Below, one piece after another: positions 51,777-63,015 of a DNA stretch of 64,000 bases. The notes beneath the pieces were generated by a model. The model did not search any database and had not been told where the DNA came from. It was given only the letters and a program-made list of their open reading frames with translations. This stretch comes from an uncultured candidate division Zixibacteria bacterium (lineage in GTDB: Bacteria > Zixibacteria > MSB-5A5 > UBA10806): contig CAWDFP010000008.1 in NCBI GenBank assembly GCA_963801605.1, positions 1 through 64,000 on the forward strand, written 5' to 3'. Position 1 is the stretch's first letter; each line of letters opens with the position of its first letter. The position numbers were made by a program, and so were the translations under genes.

Positions 51777-52316
51777 CTATTTTATAAACACTACAAAGCC
51801 GTTGACAAAGAACACAATTCCCACCGCACCAATACAGAGGCCGAGAATCCAAACCGGTTTCTTCCTCATCAGGGCGGCTATCGATGATAACAGTATCGCA
51901 ATTTGCAGATAGATCACCGCAATACCGAAATTCTGCCCATGCTCCAGCGCATGATCGCGAATCGTCTCGAACTTGCGGGCATCCGATTGTATGGCCGCTT
52001 TCTCGCTGTCGTACCGGGCTATCTGGGCTTCGTATTTGGCGATATGGTCTTTCATCCGCTGTTCAACCTCAGGCGATGTTTGGGGAGCTAAATCCTGCAA
52101 TTCGAGATTAAGCTCATCCTTTTGAATTTCGTAGAGGTATCCCTTCAAGCTTTTTGATTGGAAAAATGCCCACTGGTCGGAGGCCTGAGTCTGGCTCAGC
52201 ACCGTGCGCGTGGAATAGCTGCTGCCCTTGAATGTCGAAAGCGTGGCGCAAACCGCTAAAATCACCGATGTAAAGGCGAGATAATTAAGCCAACCCTCTC
52301 TCTTGTCCTCGGCCAT
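51777..52316 (-). CDS. DUF4337-like membrane protein
   Basis: ASDQWAFFQSKSLK, LQIAILLSSI; ATG 52316 with GGGAG RBS. Confidence 0.8.
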   Translation of the reverse strand: MAEDKREGWLNYLAFTSVILAVCATLSTFKGSSYSTRTVLSQTQASDQWAFFQSKSLKGYLYEIQKDELNLELQDLAPQTSPEVEQRMKDHIAKYEAQIARYDSEKAAIQSDARKFETIRDHALEHGQNFGIAVIYLQIAILLSSIAALMRKKPVWILGLCIGAVGIVFFVNGFVVFIK

Positions 52317-52396
52317 ATAGATTTTCTCCCTATAAAATAAATCGGGGATACATCGTAGAAATATCCTCAATCTAATTGAAATGATCTCTATATAAA

Positions 52397-52462
52397 TGTA
52401 GGGGCGTATCGCATACGCCCCTACACCATTTCCATGCGTCAACTTCGGGGAGTTGACGCCAC
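52397..52462 (-). repeat. Pair of REP-like hairpins (GTAG palindrome plus family B)
   Basis: TGTAGGGGCGTAT-CGC-ATACGCCCCTACA (52397-52425) and GCGTCAACT-TCGGGG-AGTTGACGC-CAC (52436-52462). Confidence 0.75.
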
Positions 52463-52469
52463 GGGCTAA

Positions 52470-53389
52470 TTAAAGCAGACCGTACTTCTGAATGTTGTTT
52501 TCGGCGATCTGACGGATCTTCTCAAGCTCGGCTTCGGCGCCGGCTTTGAAGAGGTGTTTGAACCGTCCCTGAGCCTTGAGGTAATCCTCAACCGGCTGAC
52601 GGGTCTTCCCTATTTTGCGCACGCGGGTCGAGCTTATTCCACTCGTATTCGACGATCGGGAACAGCCCGGTATTGACCGCTATTTTCGCGATCTCAATCG
52701 TCTTTTCCGACGGATAAATCCAGCCCAGCGGGCAGGGCACGTGAACATGCAGAAATTTCGGCCCTTTGATCTTGAGCGCCTTCTTGACCTTGCTCATCAA
52801 ATCTTGCGGATAGCCCACGGTGGCGGTGGCAGCATACGGAATTCCATGCGCCGCGCAGATTTCGAGCAGGTTCTTTTTCTGATGCTGATTTCCGAAACTC
52901 ACCGCGCCAGAAGGCGAAGTCGAGGTGCGAGCGTCAAACGGAGTCAACCCGGAACGCTGCACACCGGTATTCATATAGGCCTCGTTGTCGTAACAGACAT
53001 AGAGGATATTGTGGCCGCGTTCCAGCATACCGGATAGACATCCGATACCGATATCAGCCGTACCGCCGTCACCGCCCTGCGCGATGATATTGATATCACC
53101 TCAGTTCACCCTTGGCCATCAGCGCGGCTTCAATGCCGGCCGCTACCGCCGAGGAGTTCTCGAACAGCGAATGCACCCAGGGCATCCGCCAGGCCGATTC
53201 CGGATACGGGGTCGAGAAGACCTCGAGACACCCGGTGGACGTGGCGACCATTGTGTTGGGGCCGGCAGCGTCCATAACCAGCTTGGCGCCTAATGCTTCG
53301 CCGCAACCGGCGCAAGCCCGATGCCCGCTGGTAAAGAGCGACTCGGTGACCGGCGCCTTACCTTTTTTAGTTTCAACTGTATCTGACAT
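52470..53389 (-). CDS. porB: Pyruvate/2-oxoacid:ferredoxin oxidoreductase beta subunit (frameshifts ~53100 and ~52600-52640)
   Basis: [50 protein letters not shown]. Confidence 0.9.
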
Positions 53390-53406
53390 TTCTATTCCTC
53401 ATCATC

Positions 53407-54603
53407 CTATCGGGTTTTCGTTGCCAACGGGCTATTCTTGGGGGCCACTTCCGGGCGAAGGTCGATGAATTCTGTCGAGATGACCTTGCCGCGAGCGCCC
53501 TCGTAGATCTTCTTAATGGTGCTCGGCGGAATATCGCGGCCGCCCAGACCAAGAACGAAGCCCGAGATTATGGGTTGATGCTTCTGCCCGTAGAAGGCAG
53601 CGCGAAGCTCTTCCTGAAGCATACCGCCGGAGCCAAACGAGAGGGCTTTTTCAAGAACCATCATCTCTTTGACATGGCCGCAAACTTCGAGAATCTTCTC
53701 TTTCGGGAATGGACGATAGGACCGAATTTTGAGAACACCGACCTTTTCCCCTTTAGCGCGGAGATCATCGACTGTCTCTTTGAGCGTTCCAACCAATGAG
53801 CCCATCGCCACGAACACGCGCTCGGCGTCATCCATACGATAGGTATCGATCAAACCGCCGTAATAGCGGCCGAATTTGGCTTTGAAATCGTCAGCGGTCT
53901 TCTCGATCATCGCCTTGGCGTCTTCCATAGTTTCCTGGATTTTGTAGCGAGTCTCCGCGTACCACTGAGGCTCCGCCAATGCGCCGAATGTCATCGGATT
54001 TTTAACATCGAGATATCTCTCGGGAGCAAACATTGGCAGGTAAGCATCGACCTCAGCCTGTTCCGGCATGTCAACCGGCTCGAAAGCGTGGGTCAGAATG
54101 AAACCATCCATATTAACCATGACCGGCAGCAGAATATTGGGATTCTCGGCAATCTTGAAGGCCTGAGGATGCATATCCGCTGATTCCTGGTTGTCCTCGG
54201 CAAAGAGCATAATCCAGCCGGAATCACGGACACACAGGGAATCGGAATGATCGTTCCAGATGTTGATCGGGGCCGATATCGCACGATTAGCGCAGGTGAT
54301 AATCACCGGCAATCTCATGCCGGCGATATTGAATAGCACCTCAGCCATCAGAAGCAAACCCTGAGCGGTGGTGGTTGAATAAGCCCTGGCGCCCGCTACG
54401 GATGCGCCCAGAACCACCGACGCCGCGCCGAATTCGGATTCGACGTTGAGGAATTGTGATTTGAGAGTACCATCAGCAACGAACTGCGACAGATTTTCGA
54501 CTATATGGGTCTGCGGCGTGATTGGATAGGCGGCCACTACGTGGGGACGGCACAGCTTGACCATTTCGGCAACAGCCATTGACCCTTCAATAAGTTTCTT
54601 CAT
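53407..54603 (-). CDS. porA: Pyruvate/2-oxoacid:ferredoxin oxidoreductase alpha subunit
   Basis: AYPITPQT, VESEFGA, NIWNDHSD, DGFILTH, GLGGRDI. Confidence 0.94.
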   Translation of the reverse strand: MKKLIEGSMAVAEMVKLCRPHVVAAYPITPQTHIVENLSQFVADGTLKSQFLNVESEFGAASVVLGASVAGARAYSTTTAQGLLLMAEVLFNIAGMRLPVIITCANRAISAPINIWNDHSDSLCVRDSGWIMLFAEDNQESADMHPQAFKIAENPNILLPVMVNMDGFILTHAFEPVDMPEQAEVDAYLPMFAPERYLDVKNPMTFGALAEPQWYAETRYKIQETMEDAKAMIEKTADDFKAKFGRYYGGLIDTYRMDDAERVFVAMGSLVGTLKETVDDLRAKGEKVGVLKIRSYRPFPKEKILEVCGHVKEMMVLEKALSFGSGGMLQEELRAAFYGQKHQPIISGFVLGLGGRDIPPSTIKKIYEGARGKVISTEFIDLRPEVAPKNSPLATKTR

Positions 54604-54604
54604 C

Positions 54605-54862
54605 TCACTTCACCTCCAGCACCATGTCAATATCATTGACAGGGCATTCGTAAGCGCACATTCCGCATCCCTTGCAGAAATCGAGATTGGCGTCATATTT
54701 CTTGTCGGCGCCGGTGATGCAGGCGTCGGGGCAAATCAGAACGCAGATACGGCAGTCGTTGCAGGTATCGTGCTTGAAAATCGGCTTATTGGTGCGCCAG
54801 CTTCCGGTATGGTTGGCTTTGGATGAGCCGGGCGCTACGAACATTTGAATTGGCTTAGACAT
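54605..54862 (-). CDS. porD: POR delta subunit (2x[4Fe-4S])
   Basis: TGSWRT, CNDCRICVLICPD, CKGCGMCAYECP. Confidence 0.93.
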   Translation of the reverse strand: MSKPIQMFVAPGSSKANHTGSWRTNKPIFKHDTCNDCRICVLICPDACITGADKKYDANLDFCKGCGMCAYECPVNDIDMVLEVK

Positions 54863-55406
54863 GAGAGCCCTCCTTCACCATTCCAAACGCCTTCTCGGCC
54901 GCGGCCACGTTCTTCTTTCCGATGATGCCCGGGAAACGCTCCTCGATGGCGTTCTTGACACCCTCGAATGAGATCAGTCCCGTCACTCCGGCGAAATAAC
55001 CAAGGAGCGTGGTATTTTGCACAGCACGCCCGATAATCTCAATGGCAATCTTGGTGGCAGGTATGGTTAAAATTGTGCCGTTGATCTTTAAGCCCAAATC
55101 TTTGGGATTCTTTTCGGTATCGACGATAACAAGTCCACCCGGTTTGAGTCCCTTGGCGACATCGATAGCGCCTATGAGAGTGGCATCCTGAATGATCAGA
55201 AAATCAGGCTCATAGATTTGATTCCTGGCCCGGATTACCGAGTCGGATATTCTCACGAACGACTGGACCGGAGCGCCCATTCTTTCCGAACCGAAAGCCG
55301 GAAAGGCCAACGCAAACTTACCGTCGGCAAATGCCGCCTGGGCGATAAGCTCGGCCGCTGTTACGACTCCTTGTCCACCGCGTCCGTGCAGACGAATTTC
55401 CTTCAA
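54855..55406 (-). CDS. porG: POR gamma subunit
   Basis: EIRLHGRGGQGVVT, FPAFGSERMGAPV. Confidence 0.93.
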   Translation of the reverse strand: MKEIRLHGRGGQGVVTAAELIAQAAFADGKFALAFPAFGSERMGAPVQSFVRISDSVIRARNQIYEPDFLIIQDATLIGAIDVAKGLKPGGLVIVDTEKNPKDLGLKINGTILTIPATKIAIEIIGRAVQNTTLLGYFAGVTGLISFEGVKNAIEERFPGIIGKKNVAAAEKAFGMVKEGSHV

Positions 55407-55496
55407 TTTATCCTCCTTAAAAGCTTCTAAAAAAGCTTACTTATATCTTATACGGCCCAAACAAAAGCCGATTGTGAATTAGTTTAAGGCTCTTCT

Positions 55497-56051
55497 TTAT
55501 TTCTCCACTTTTGGATAAGTAATTTCTTTTTGCCCCTGGTATTTGCCCTTGCGATCAGCGTAGGATGTTTCGCAAACTTCGTCAGCTTCCAGGAAGATCA
55601 CCTGGGCGATACCTTCATTGGCATAAATCCTGGCAGGCAATGGCGATGTATTTGAAATCTCCAGAGTGGCAAACCCTTCCCATTCAGGCTCGAACGGGGT
55701 GACGTTAACAATAATCCCGCAGCGCGCGTAAGTTGATTTTCCCGTGCAGATGGTCAGGATATTACGGGGAATCTTGAAATATTCAACTGTGCGGGCCAAA
55801 ACTATAGAGTTGGGCGGGATGATACAGGTATCACCCTTGAAATGAGTAAAATTACCCTCATCGAGTTTTTTGGGATCGACTATGTTGGAATTGTCGCCGG
55901 CCAGGATTTTAAATTCATCAGCGACCCGGAAGTCATATCCATATGACGACAATCCGTATGAAATGCCGTTGGATTGTTTTTCGGAAAACGGGGTAATCAT
56001 CTCGTGTTCGAGAGCCATTTTCCTGATCCATTTGTCGGGCTTAATCGCCAA
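55497..56051 (-). CDS. dcd: dCTP deaminase
   Basis: [33 protein letters not shown]. Confidence 0.95.
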   Translation of the reverse strand: MAIKPDKWIRKMALEHEMITPFSEKQSNGISYGLSSYGYDFRVADEFKILAGDNSNIVDPKKLDEGNFTHFKGDTCIIPPNSIVLARTVEYFKIPRNILTICTGKSTYARCGIIVNVTPFEPEWEGFATLEISNTSPLPARIYANEGIAQVIFLEADEVCETSYADRKGKYQGQKEITYPKVEK

Positions 56052-56354
56052 TTTTTCTCCTTACACAGCCTATGAACCCAATTAGCTGATTAAGCTAACC
56101 ATCCGGCTAGGAACTGTCAACAGTTTTTTGGTCAATTTGTTACTTTTTTCACAATGAATGACTGTTGAACATGGGGGAAGTTTCAATTATTACAAGATTT
56201 TAGGGATGTTATTATTGATGGGTCTATACGGCGGATAACGGGTATCTTGGGAGATGATTGATTACGGTAAAATCCTATTGGGCCGAGGGTTTATGGATAG
56301 ACCTTACATCATTTATTGACTATAGCAGGCTAACGATCAATCTATTTTATCTCA

Positions 56355-57110
56355 TCAGCTAAATCTTGCTACAAAATAGACGAAAACCGTACCCAATATT
56401 GTTAAAGCGATAGTCCATTTTGAAGAGCTTTTGCTGTGCGCTTCGGGCAGAATATCGCTGGCCCCGATATAAAGCAAAAAGCCCGCGAAAAAGCCGAGAT
56501 ATAAGAGCAATGAAATATCGGATAACCGGTAAAATATGGTCGATAGCGCCCCTATAGCCGGAGCTAACGCGTCCGCTCCAAGCAACACCAGCGCTTTTGT
56601 GTTGGTATTACGGTTGACCAGCATCAAACTGACAGTGTTAAGCCCATCCGAAAAATCATGAGCTATGACGGCAATTGCCACCGCGATTCCAATACCGAAG
56701 TTGATTTGAAACGCTAATCCAATTCCTACACCGTCGAGAAAACTATGTCCGGTCATCGCCAGCGCGGAATAAAGCCCTACGAGCGGATGATGATGATCAC
56801 CATAGGCGTTTTCGTGGCCATGATGAATAATGGTGAGCTTCTCGATTATATGAAAGAAAAGGAACCCGACTACCATAGCGGTCATCGGGACGACGGGCAC
56901 GGTTTTCGTCTCATTGCTAAGATTGAAAACCTCCGGCAATATTTCAAACGCCACGACACCGAGCAGCACTCCTGCGGTAAATCCTAAAATCCTGTGAATC
57001 TGGTTCCTAAATCGAAGGGCAAACAGACCACCAAGAGCTGTCGAAACAAATGTCGCCGCCGCAAATATCAGTACAACCACTAAGCCCTCTTTTGATTGAT
57101 CGACATACAA
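56355..57110 (-). CDS. ZIP-family divalent metal transporter (true start may be slightly downstream)
   Basis: FTAGVLLG, His-rich loop, HSFLDG, HDFSDG, DILPEAH. Confidence 0.9.
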   Translation of the reverse strand: MYVDQSKEGLVVVLIFAAATFVSTALGGLFALRFRNQIHRILGFTAGVLLGVVAFEILPEVFNLSNETKTVPVVPMTAMVVGFLFFHIIEKLTIIHHGHENAYGDHHHPLVGLYSALAMTGHSFLDGVGIGLAFQINFGIGIAVAIAVIAHDFSDGLNTVSLMLVNRNTNTKALVLLGADALAPAIGALSTIFYRLSDISLLLYLGFFAGFLLYIGASDILPEAHSKSSSKWTIALTILGTVFVYFVARFS

Positions 57111-57113
57111 CTC

Positions 57114-57140
57114 CTCAGGTCGCAGGCGACCTGAGCTACA
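57114..57140 (-). repeat. REP-like hairpin, family A
   Basis: Minus strand TGTAG-CTCAGGTCGC-CT-GCGACCTGAG; its TAG is the stop codon of tag. Confidence 0.65.
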
Positions 57141-57711
57141 TCAGCTTAATAAGTTCTTTATATCTGAAACAATCGACCAGATGATCGTTTACCATTCCCG
57201 CGGCCTGCATAAAGGCATAGCAGATCGTTGAGCCGACAAACTGAAAGCCCCGCGATTTTAATTCGGCGCTCATCTGGTCCGATTGTTTGGTTTTAGCCGG
57301 AATTTGGGAGAGGGTACGCCATTTGTTTACAACGGGCTTACCACCAGAAAACTGCCAGATATATTTATCGAAACTGCCATACTCCATCTGGATATTATTG
57401 AAGCAGCGGGCGTTGTTGATTGTAGCCAATATTTTCGCCTTATTGCGGACGATACCCTGGTCTAAAGTTAGTTTCAGAATTTTGCGACGCTCGAAACGCG
57501 CGATTCTGCCCGGATCAAAATTATCGAACGCTTCGCGGAAATTTTCGCGCTTATTGAGAATGGTGGACCAGCTTAGTCCTGCCTGGAATGAATCGAGGAC
57601 GATAAATTCGAATAGCTTCTGATCGTCATGAAGCGGCACGCCCCATTCGGTATCATGGTAGGCGATCATTAATTCGTTATCTTTTGCTGGCCACGGGCAA
57701 CGGGTGGGCAT
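57136..57711 (-). CDS. tag: DNA-3-methyladenine glycosylase I
   Basis: RCPW, YHDTEWG, QAGLSW, FVGSTICYAFMQAAGMVNDHLVDC. Confidence 0.95.
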   Translation of the reverse strand: MPTRCPWPAKDNELMIAYHDTEWGVPLHDDQKLFEFIVLDSFQAGLSWSTILNKRENFREAFDNFDPGRIARFERRKILKLTLDQGIVRNKAKILATINNARCFNNIQMEYGSFDKYIWQFSGGKPVVNKWRTLSQIPAKTKQSDQMSAELKSRGFQFVGSTICYAFMQAAGMVNDHLVDCFRYKELIKLM

Positions 57712-57748
57712 GGGCGGTCCTTTTTAATGCTAAATTTTCATGGCAGTA

Positions 57749-59209
57749 TTACAAATTGGTTTTAATAAAATTAACTGTGTCTTTCCCTATTCTATTCATG
57801 TAATTAGTTGTTACGCTGTCCATAATATATTTTTGTGATAGTTCAGATAAGTTTGTGCTAACAAAAATAGGGTTCATAAAACCTGAAGATATAAAAAAAG
57901 ATTTGAATGGCTTACAATCATAACGCAATACTATACATTTGTCGTTTCTTAAAGTATATTTAATATCCTTTGTTATGTTATCTTCTAATTTGGGATCAAG
58001 TATAGTAGGGTAAAATATTATGCTACCACCCGAATGGTTGATTTGATTAATACTATCCAAATTGGAATTGATATAACTCGCCAAACCGTTAAGCTTATTT
58101 AATTGAGTTAATTCCGTTAGGGAATAGAATAGCGAACTGCAATATTTTGCTTTAATCAATTCTACTTTGTAACCCAGATTTCGTAATATATCGGCAGATT
58201 GATATATATTGCCCGATTCTTCAAAGGATAATTTAATGTAATATTTATAATTTTGCTGAATAATATTAAATATTGTGTCTTGAGCAGTTGGGTCAAATGA
58301 TAAATGAATGAACTCTTTTATATTATTAAAATCATTATCTATATCTACTCCAAAAAGGCTTTTTAGGCTCATATTTGCTTCATTGAATATAATATTTGAC
58401 GCAGATAATGGTTCGTTTACTATATTTGTATCAGATGCAATTAATCCACAATATGATTCCACCATATCGTTTCATAAACGTTGAATAATAAGATGCAAAT
58501 CTTAAATTATTTTTGCCAATGGCATTTAAAATGTGGCTCATATTGAAATCAAATAGGTATCTTTTATCAATAAAGGTATGAATTTCTAATTTTGATTTAG
58601 CTAAAGTGGTAGTATCATGTATGAATACTGATAGGGGAAATTCAACAGCCCCATAGATTAAGGCTTCTTGGCGTGATTGTAAATAAAGGGGCGAGTACAA
58701 TAAGTACATTTTACTAAATCAACATCAGTTAATATCAAGCTATCCAACAAATTCGGATGACCAAAGTAATTATAATCGAGTTTTAGTTTTAATTAGGCTG
58801 GAATCCAGAGGTAATTTTAAGGCGGTATTTAATATTTCATCATTTAAATTTAATATGTTTATACGCTAGGTAATCCCGGGGCTGAAGTAATAGTTTCTTT
58901 GCCTAGCGGGAAATGCATGACACAATTCCGTCGCGAAAAATACTTAACTTAAGCAATTCTATTGCAGCATTTTTTCGTGGTGGGCTTTATGGTTATTAAA
59001 TCAAATTCGCAAATAGCGAATATTTGAAGAGTTAGTCCGATATACAATTAGATTCGTAATGCCGATTTTAAACTTTGGAGGCCAAAAATAATCTCGGAGG
59101 GGATTAATTAGTAATAGAATAGCACCCAAAAGTGAGCCCAATATAAATTATAATTTTGAGCGATTGTCTTAATATTAGCGGTGACTTTTGATAAACCCTT
59201 ATTTTTCAT
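57749..59209 (-). pseudogene. Very AT-rich orphan gene broken by multiple frameshifts
   Basis: Overlapping ORFs 57749..58465 and 58431..58709, plus upstream fragments from ATG 59209 with a hydrophobic stretch; no recognisable motif. Confidence 0.4.
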
Positions 59210-59263
59210 TAGAAATCGAGATTTCTTAGATGCGCCATCGTTTTCATCCAGGCATTTATATTT

Positions 59264-60737
59264 CTACCTCAGCATCCCCGCTTCATTGAGGAGGAATTTG
59301 GAGAGCACACGAACGCCGAAGCCGGTGGCGCCTTTGTAGCGGTAAGGATGGCCGGCCGTATCTTCGTGATCCATCCCGGCGATATCCAGATGCGCCCAGG
59401 GGTAATCAGTGAAAGCCTCAAGAAACTTGCCCGCAGTGATTGCGCCGCCCCAACGGCCGCCGGAATTCTTCATATCGGCTGCTGGTGTTTTGAGAAGCTC
59501 TTTGTAATCGTCCCATAAGGGCAAGCTGCCAGAGCCTCTCCCCCGTTTGCTGACCGGCTTCGAGAATCAAATCAAGCAAGTCCTGATCTTTGCCCATCAG
59601 TCCGCCCGCGATATTCATACCCAGCGCCACCATACATGCGCCGGTCAGGGTAGCGATATCAATCACATATTTAGGGTTGAAGCGTTTGGCATATACTAAC
59701 GCGTCGGCGAGAATCAACCGCCCTTCAGCGTCGGTGGAGATAACCTCAATAGTTTTGCCATTGGACGCGGTCAGCACGTCGCCCGGACGATAGGCTGTGC
59801 CTGACGGCATATTCTCAACTAGCGGGGTGATACCGACAATATTTAATTTCGGCTTGATCCTCCCCAGCACGTGCATGATTGATATCACCGCGCCGGCGCC
59901 GCCCATATCACCTTTCATCGCTTCCATGCCGTCACCCGGCTTGAGCGAGATACCGCCGGAATCGAAAGTCACGCCTTTACCGACTAACACAATCGGCGGC
60001 GCACCCGGTTTGCCACCCTTGTATTCCCAGACTACCATTTTGGGACGATTGGCCGAACCTTGCGCCACTCCCAATAGCGATCCCATTTTCAGACGAATAA
60101 GCTGGGCTTCATCGAGCACTTTAACAGGGATTTTATTTTCGCGGCCGAGGCGCTTGGCCTCATCGGCCAATATTGACGGTGTAAGCAGATTGCCGGGAAG
60201 ATTGGCAAGATCACGAGCCATACAGGTGCCCTCATCCATCGTCTGAATGGCCCTGATGAAGGCATCATTAATATTGGAGTTGCCAACAAAGAAAAAGGCG
60301 GTCTTAAGCTTGCTTTCCTCTTTTTCCGTTTTAAGGCGATCGAAACGATAGTCCCCGAGAATAGCGCCGTCGATTAGCGGTGCGATAGTTTCCGCTATAT
60401 CATCAACCGGCAAAAATGCCACCGTACGAAGCTTGCGTACGTTTCGAATCGCAATCCCGGCAGCCCGGCGGATATTTTCGGGAGTAGAAGTTTTCTTCTT
60501 GCCCAAACCGACAAGAATCATCCTCGGGGCTTTGGCGTTGCTAAGCGGATATATTTGAAAGATCTCTCCGCTTACACCTCTGAAATGTTCTTTTTCGAAA
60601 GCCGATTTGATTAGCTTGCCCAGAGCGCCATTCAGGCCGGGACCATCCTGATATTGCAGCGATATCAAAGCATCGCACTTAAAATCCTCGTACTTACCCT
60701 TTGCAATCTTACATTCCACGGCATTCTCCTTTGCCAA
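59264..60737 (-). CDS. pepA: M17 leucyl aminopeptidase (frameshift ~59520)
   Basis: [49 protein letters not shown]. Confidence 0.94.
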
Positions 60738-60816
60738 TAATGTCGATCAAAGTTGCTCGGTCGAATCCGCGCGAATCTCCCTGACTCCGCGACTTTACGC
60801 CATTCTATCAGGTCTA

Positions 60817-61308
60817 TCACGTAATCTGTTTAAACTTTTCACTGGATGCTCCGCAGTGCGGACACCTGTCCGGCGCGTTTCCGGCAACCGTATGGCCGCA
60901 AACAGAACAAACGAAATAATCGCTTTCCTTTTCTTGCCCCAACTGTTCCAATAGACGCGAAAGCAGATTGCCATGCACTTTTTCAGCAGCCATAGCGTTG
61001 CGGAAAGACATCACCGCCCTGGGATTGCCATCCTTTTCGGCCTGCGCTAAAAAAGCCGGATACATTTGGGTATACTCGTAAGTTTCGCCATCGATGGCGC
61101 TGGTTAGATTATGCTCGCTGTTGCCTACCTCACCCATAACCGCCAAATGGCTTTGGGCGTGTACACGTTCAGCTTCGGCTAAAGCCCGGAATAATTTGGC
61201 CACCTGCTTGTTGCCTTCCTTTTCGGCAGCAGCGGCGTTGGCCAGATATTTCATGTGCGCTTTGGATTCGCCGGAAAAAGCGGTGTTCAGATTGTCATCG
61301 GTACTCAA
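60817..61308 (-). CDS. Rubrerythrin
   Basis: AFSGESKA, AERVHA, GETYE..MYP, EKVH, CSVCG and CPHCG. Confidence 0.93.
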   Translation of the reverse strand: MSTDDNLNTAFSGESKAHMKYLANAAAAEKEGNKQVAKLFRALAEAERVHAQSHLAVMGEVGNSEHNLTSAIDGETYEYTQMYPAFLAQAEKDGNPRAVMSFRNAMAAEKVHGNLLSRLLEQLGQEKESDYFVCSVCGHTVAGNAPDRCPHCGASSEKFKQIT

Positions 61309-61668
61309 GATTCCTCCAAGCCATACTTAACGTTAATTTTAAAACCTATCAGAATATGACAGTATAAGTCAAGCGTTATATTGATTACAAATATCTATCC
61401 TCCAATTGAGAATCAATAATAAGTTAACATATTGACATCATTTATCAAAATGATATTTACGATTTAGAATATTCAATAAGGAATTAAGATTTCAATGTAT
61501 GCTTTATATTATGCTGGCCGCGATAGTATGATAATAATAATGGAGCCTGACCCCATATTAGATTTTTCGCACAATGGTTCCCGGAATTATTAATTATTTT
61601 GTTTAATTATGATTCGTAACCCATAACATATCAAAAGGTTACAAAATGGAGCCACATTTTCTTAAGAA

Positions 61669-61694
61669 AATACTATACTTTATTGTAAAGTATT
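61669..61694. promoter_or_regulatory. Putative Rrf2/IscR-like operator
   Basis: Imperfect IR AATACTATAC-TTTATT-GTAAAGTATT just upstream of rrf2-suf. Confidence 0.5.
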
Positions 61695-61736
61695 AGTTTA
61701 TATAGGTGAAATTATAGAGAAAGGGTACTGGGGAAG

Positions 61737-62225
61737 ATGAAAATAAGCGCACTTGAAGAATATGGGATACGCTGCATGCTGTTATTGGCACGGACCGAAC
61801 CGGGCGATACGCTGACGTTGCCGGAGTTCCAGGAAAAGGAAGGGCTTTCGATACCTTATGCCGCGAAGCTTCTTATGATTCTAAAAAAAGCGGGCCTGGT
61901 TAAAGCGTCACGAGGACGAAAAGGCGGATATGCGTTAGCCAGAGCAGCAGATGATATTCAGCTCAAAGAGATAATCGACGCGCTTGGTGAACCGGCTTTC
62001 TCTTCATCGCATTGTGGACGGCATACCGGACAATTCGATGCCTGTGTTCATCAGAATGATTGCCAGGTTCGCGTAATTTGGAAATCGTTTGATAGTTTTA
62101 TCAGCCAGCTTTTAAGCGGAATTACGTTAGCCGATGTAGCCGCAGGAAAACTTGCGAATTTGGAAAACATACAAGTTACGATGAGTGGCGAGGCAGACTC
62201 GTCGGGCGAATTATATCAAAAATAA
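61737..62225 (+). CDS. Rrf2-family Fe-S regulator (IscR/SufR-like)
   Basis: EYGIR, SRGRKGGYAL, three-Cys cluster C..C..C..IW. Confidence 0.92.
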   Translation: MKISALEEYGIRCMLLLARTEPGDTLTLPEFQEKEGLSIPYAAKLLMILKKAGLVKASRGRKGGYALARAADDIQLKEIIDALGEPAFSSSHCGRHTGQFDACVHQNDCQVRVIWKSFDSFISQLLSGITLADVAAGKLANLENIQVTMSGEADSSGELYQK

Positions 62226-62245
62226 GGGGAAGATTGAGGCAGGTA

Positions 62246-63013
62246 ATGAGAGACAATAATAAAATCTTCGCATTCTACGATATTCATGTGGTGGTCGAGG
62301 GGAAAGAAGTCGTTAAGGGAGTAACGCTGGAGATTGGCCGCGGCGAAAAACACGCCCTGATGGGGCCAAATGGATCCGGTAAATCAAGCCTTGCTAACGC
62401 GCTGGCGGGCCATCCCAATTATAAGATCACCTCGGGCGAGGTTTATATCGATGGCAAAAATCTTTTGGAGATGGACGCCACCGAACGTTCCCGTGCCGGT
62501 TTGTTTCTGGCGTTCCAGTATCCCCTGGCGATCCCCGGTGTAACCGTAGCGAACTTCCTTCGCGCCGCAATCAAAGCCAGAAACGGCAATGATGAAAGCG
62601 CGCTTCGGTCCTTTAGAAAAGACCTGACCGATAAATTTGAACTTCTCGAAATTGAGAAGGCGTTTGCTACCAGATATCTCAACGACGGATTCTCGGGAGG
62701 CGAGAAAAAACGATTGGAAATATTGCAGATGGCGATGCTCAAGCCCAAAGTCGCAATTCTCGATGAAACCGATTCGGGGCTCGATATCGACGCTTTAAGA
62801 ATTGTCTCTCGGGGCATTAACGCCGCGACCAGCGGCGAAGAAGCTGTGCTTCTGGTCACCCATTACCAGCGGATACTGAATTATATCAAACCGGATAAAG
62901 TGCATGTCATGATGAACGGCCAAATAGTTCACTCGGGCGGAGCCGATCTGGCCTTGCAGCTCGAAGCTGAGGGGTATGATTGGATGAAGGAAAAAGAAAA
63001 TATTGAGGCATAA
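62246..63013 (+). CDS. sufC: Fe-S cluster assembly ATPase SufC
   Basis: [45 protein letters not shown]. Confidence 0.96.
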   Translation: MRDNNKIFAFYDIHVVVEGKEVVKGVTLEIGRGEKHALMGPNGSGKSSLANALAGHPNYKITSGEVYIDGKNLLEMDATERSRAGLFLAFQYPLAIPGVTVANFLRAAIKARNGNDESALRSFRKDLTDKFELLEIEKAFATRYLNDGFSGGEKKRLEILQMAMLKPKVAILDETDSGLDIDALRIVSRGINAATSGEEAVLLVTHYQRILNYIKPDKVHVMMNGQIVHSGGADLALQLEAEGYDWMKEKENIEA

Positions 63014-63015
63014 AG

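Noticed and set aside
52317..52442. N-terminal extension of the DUF4337 ORF
   Set aside because: It is translated REP palindrome sequence; ATG 52316 has a proper RBS.
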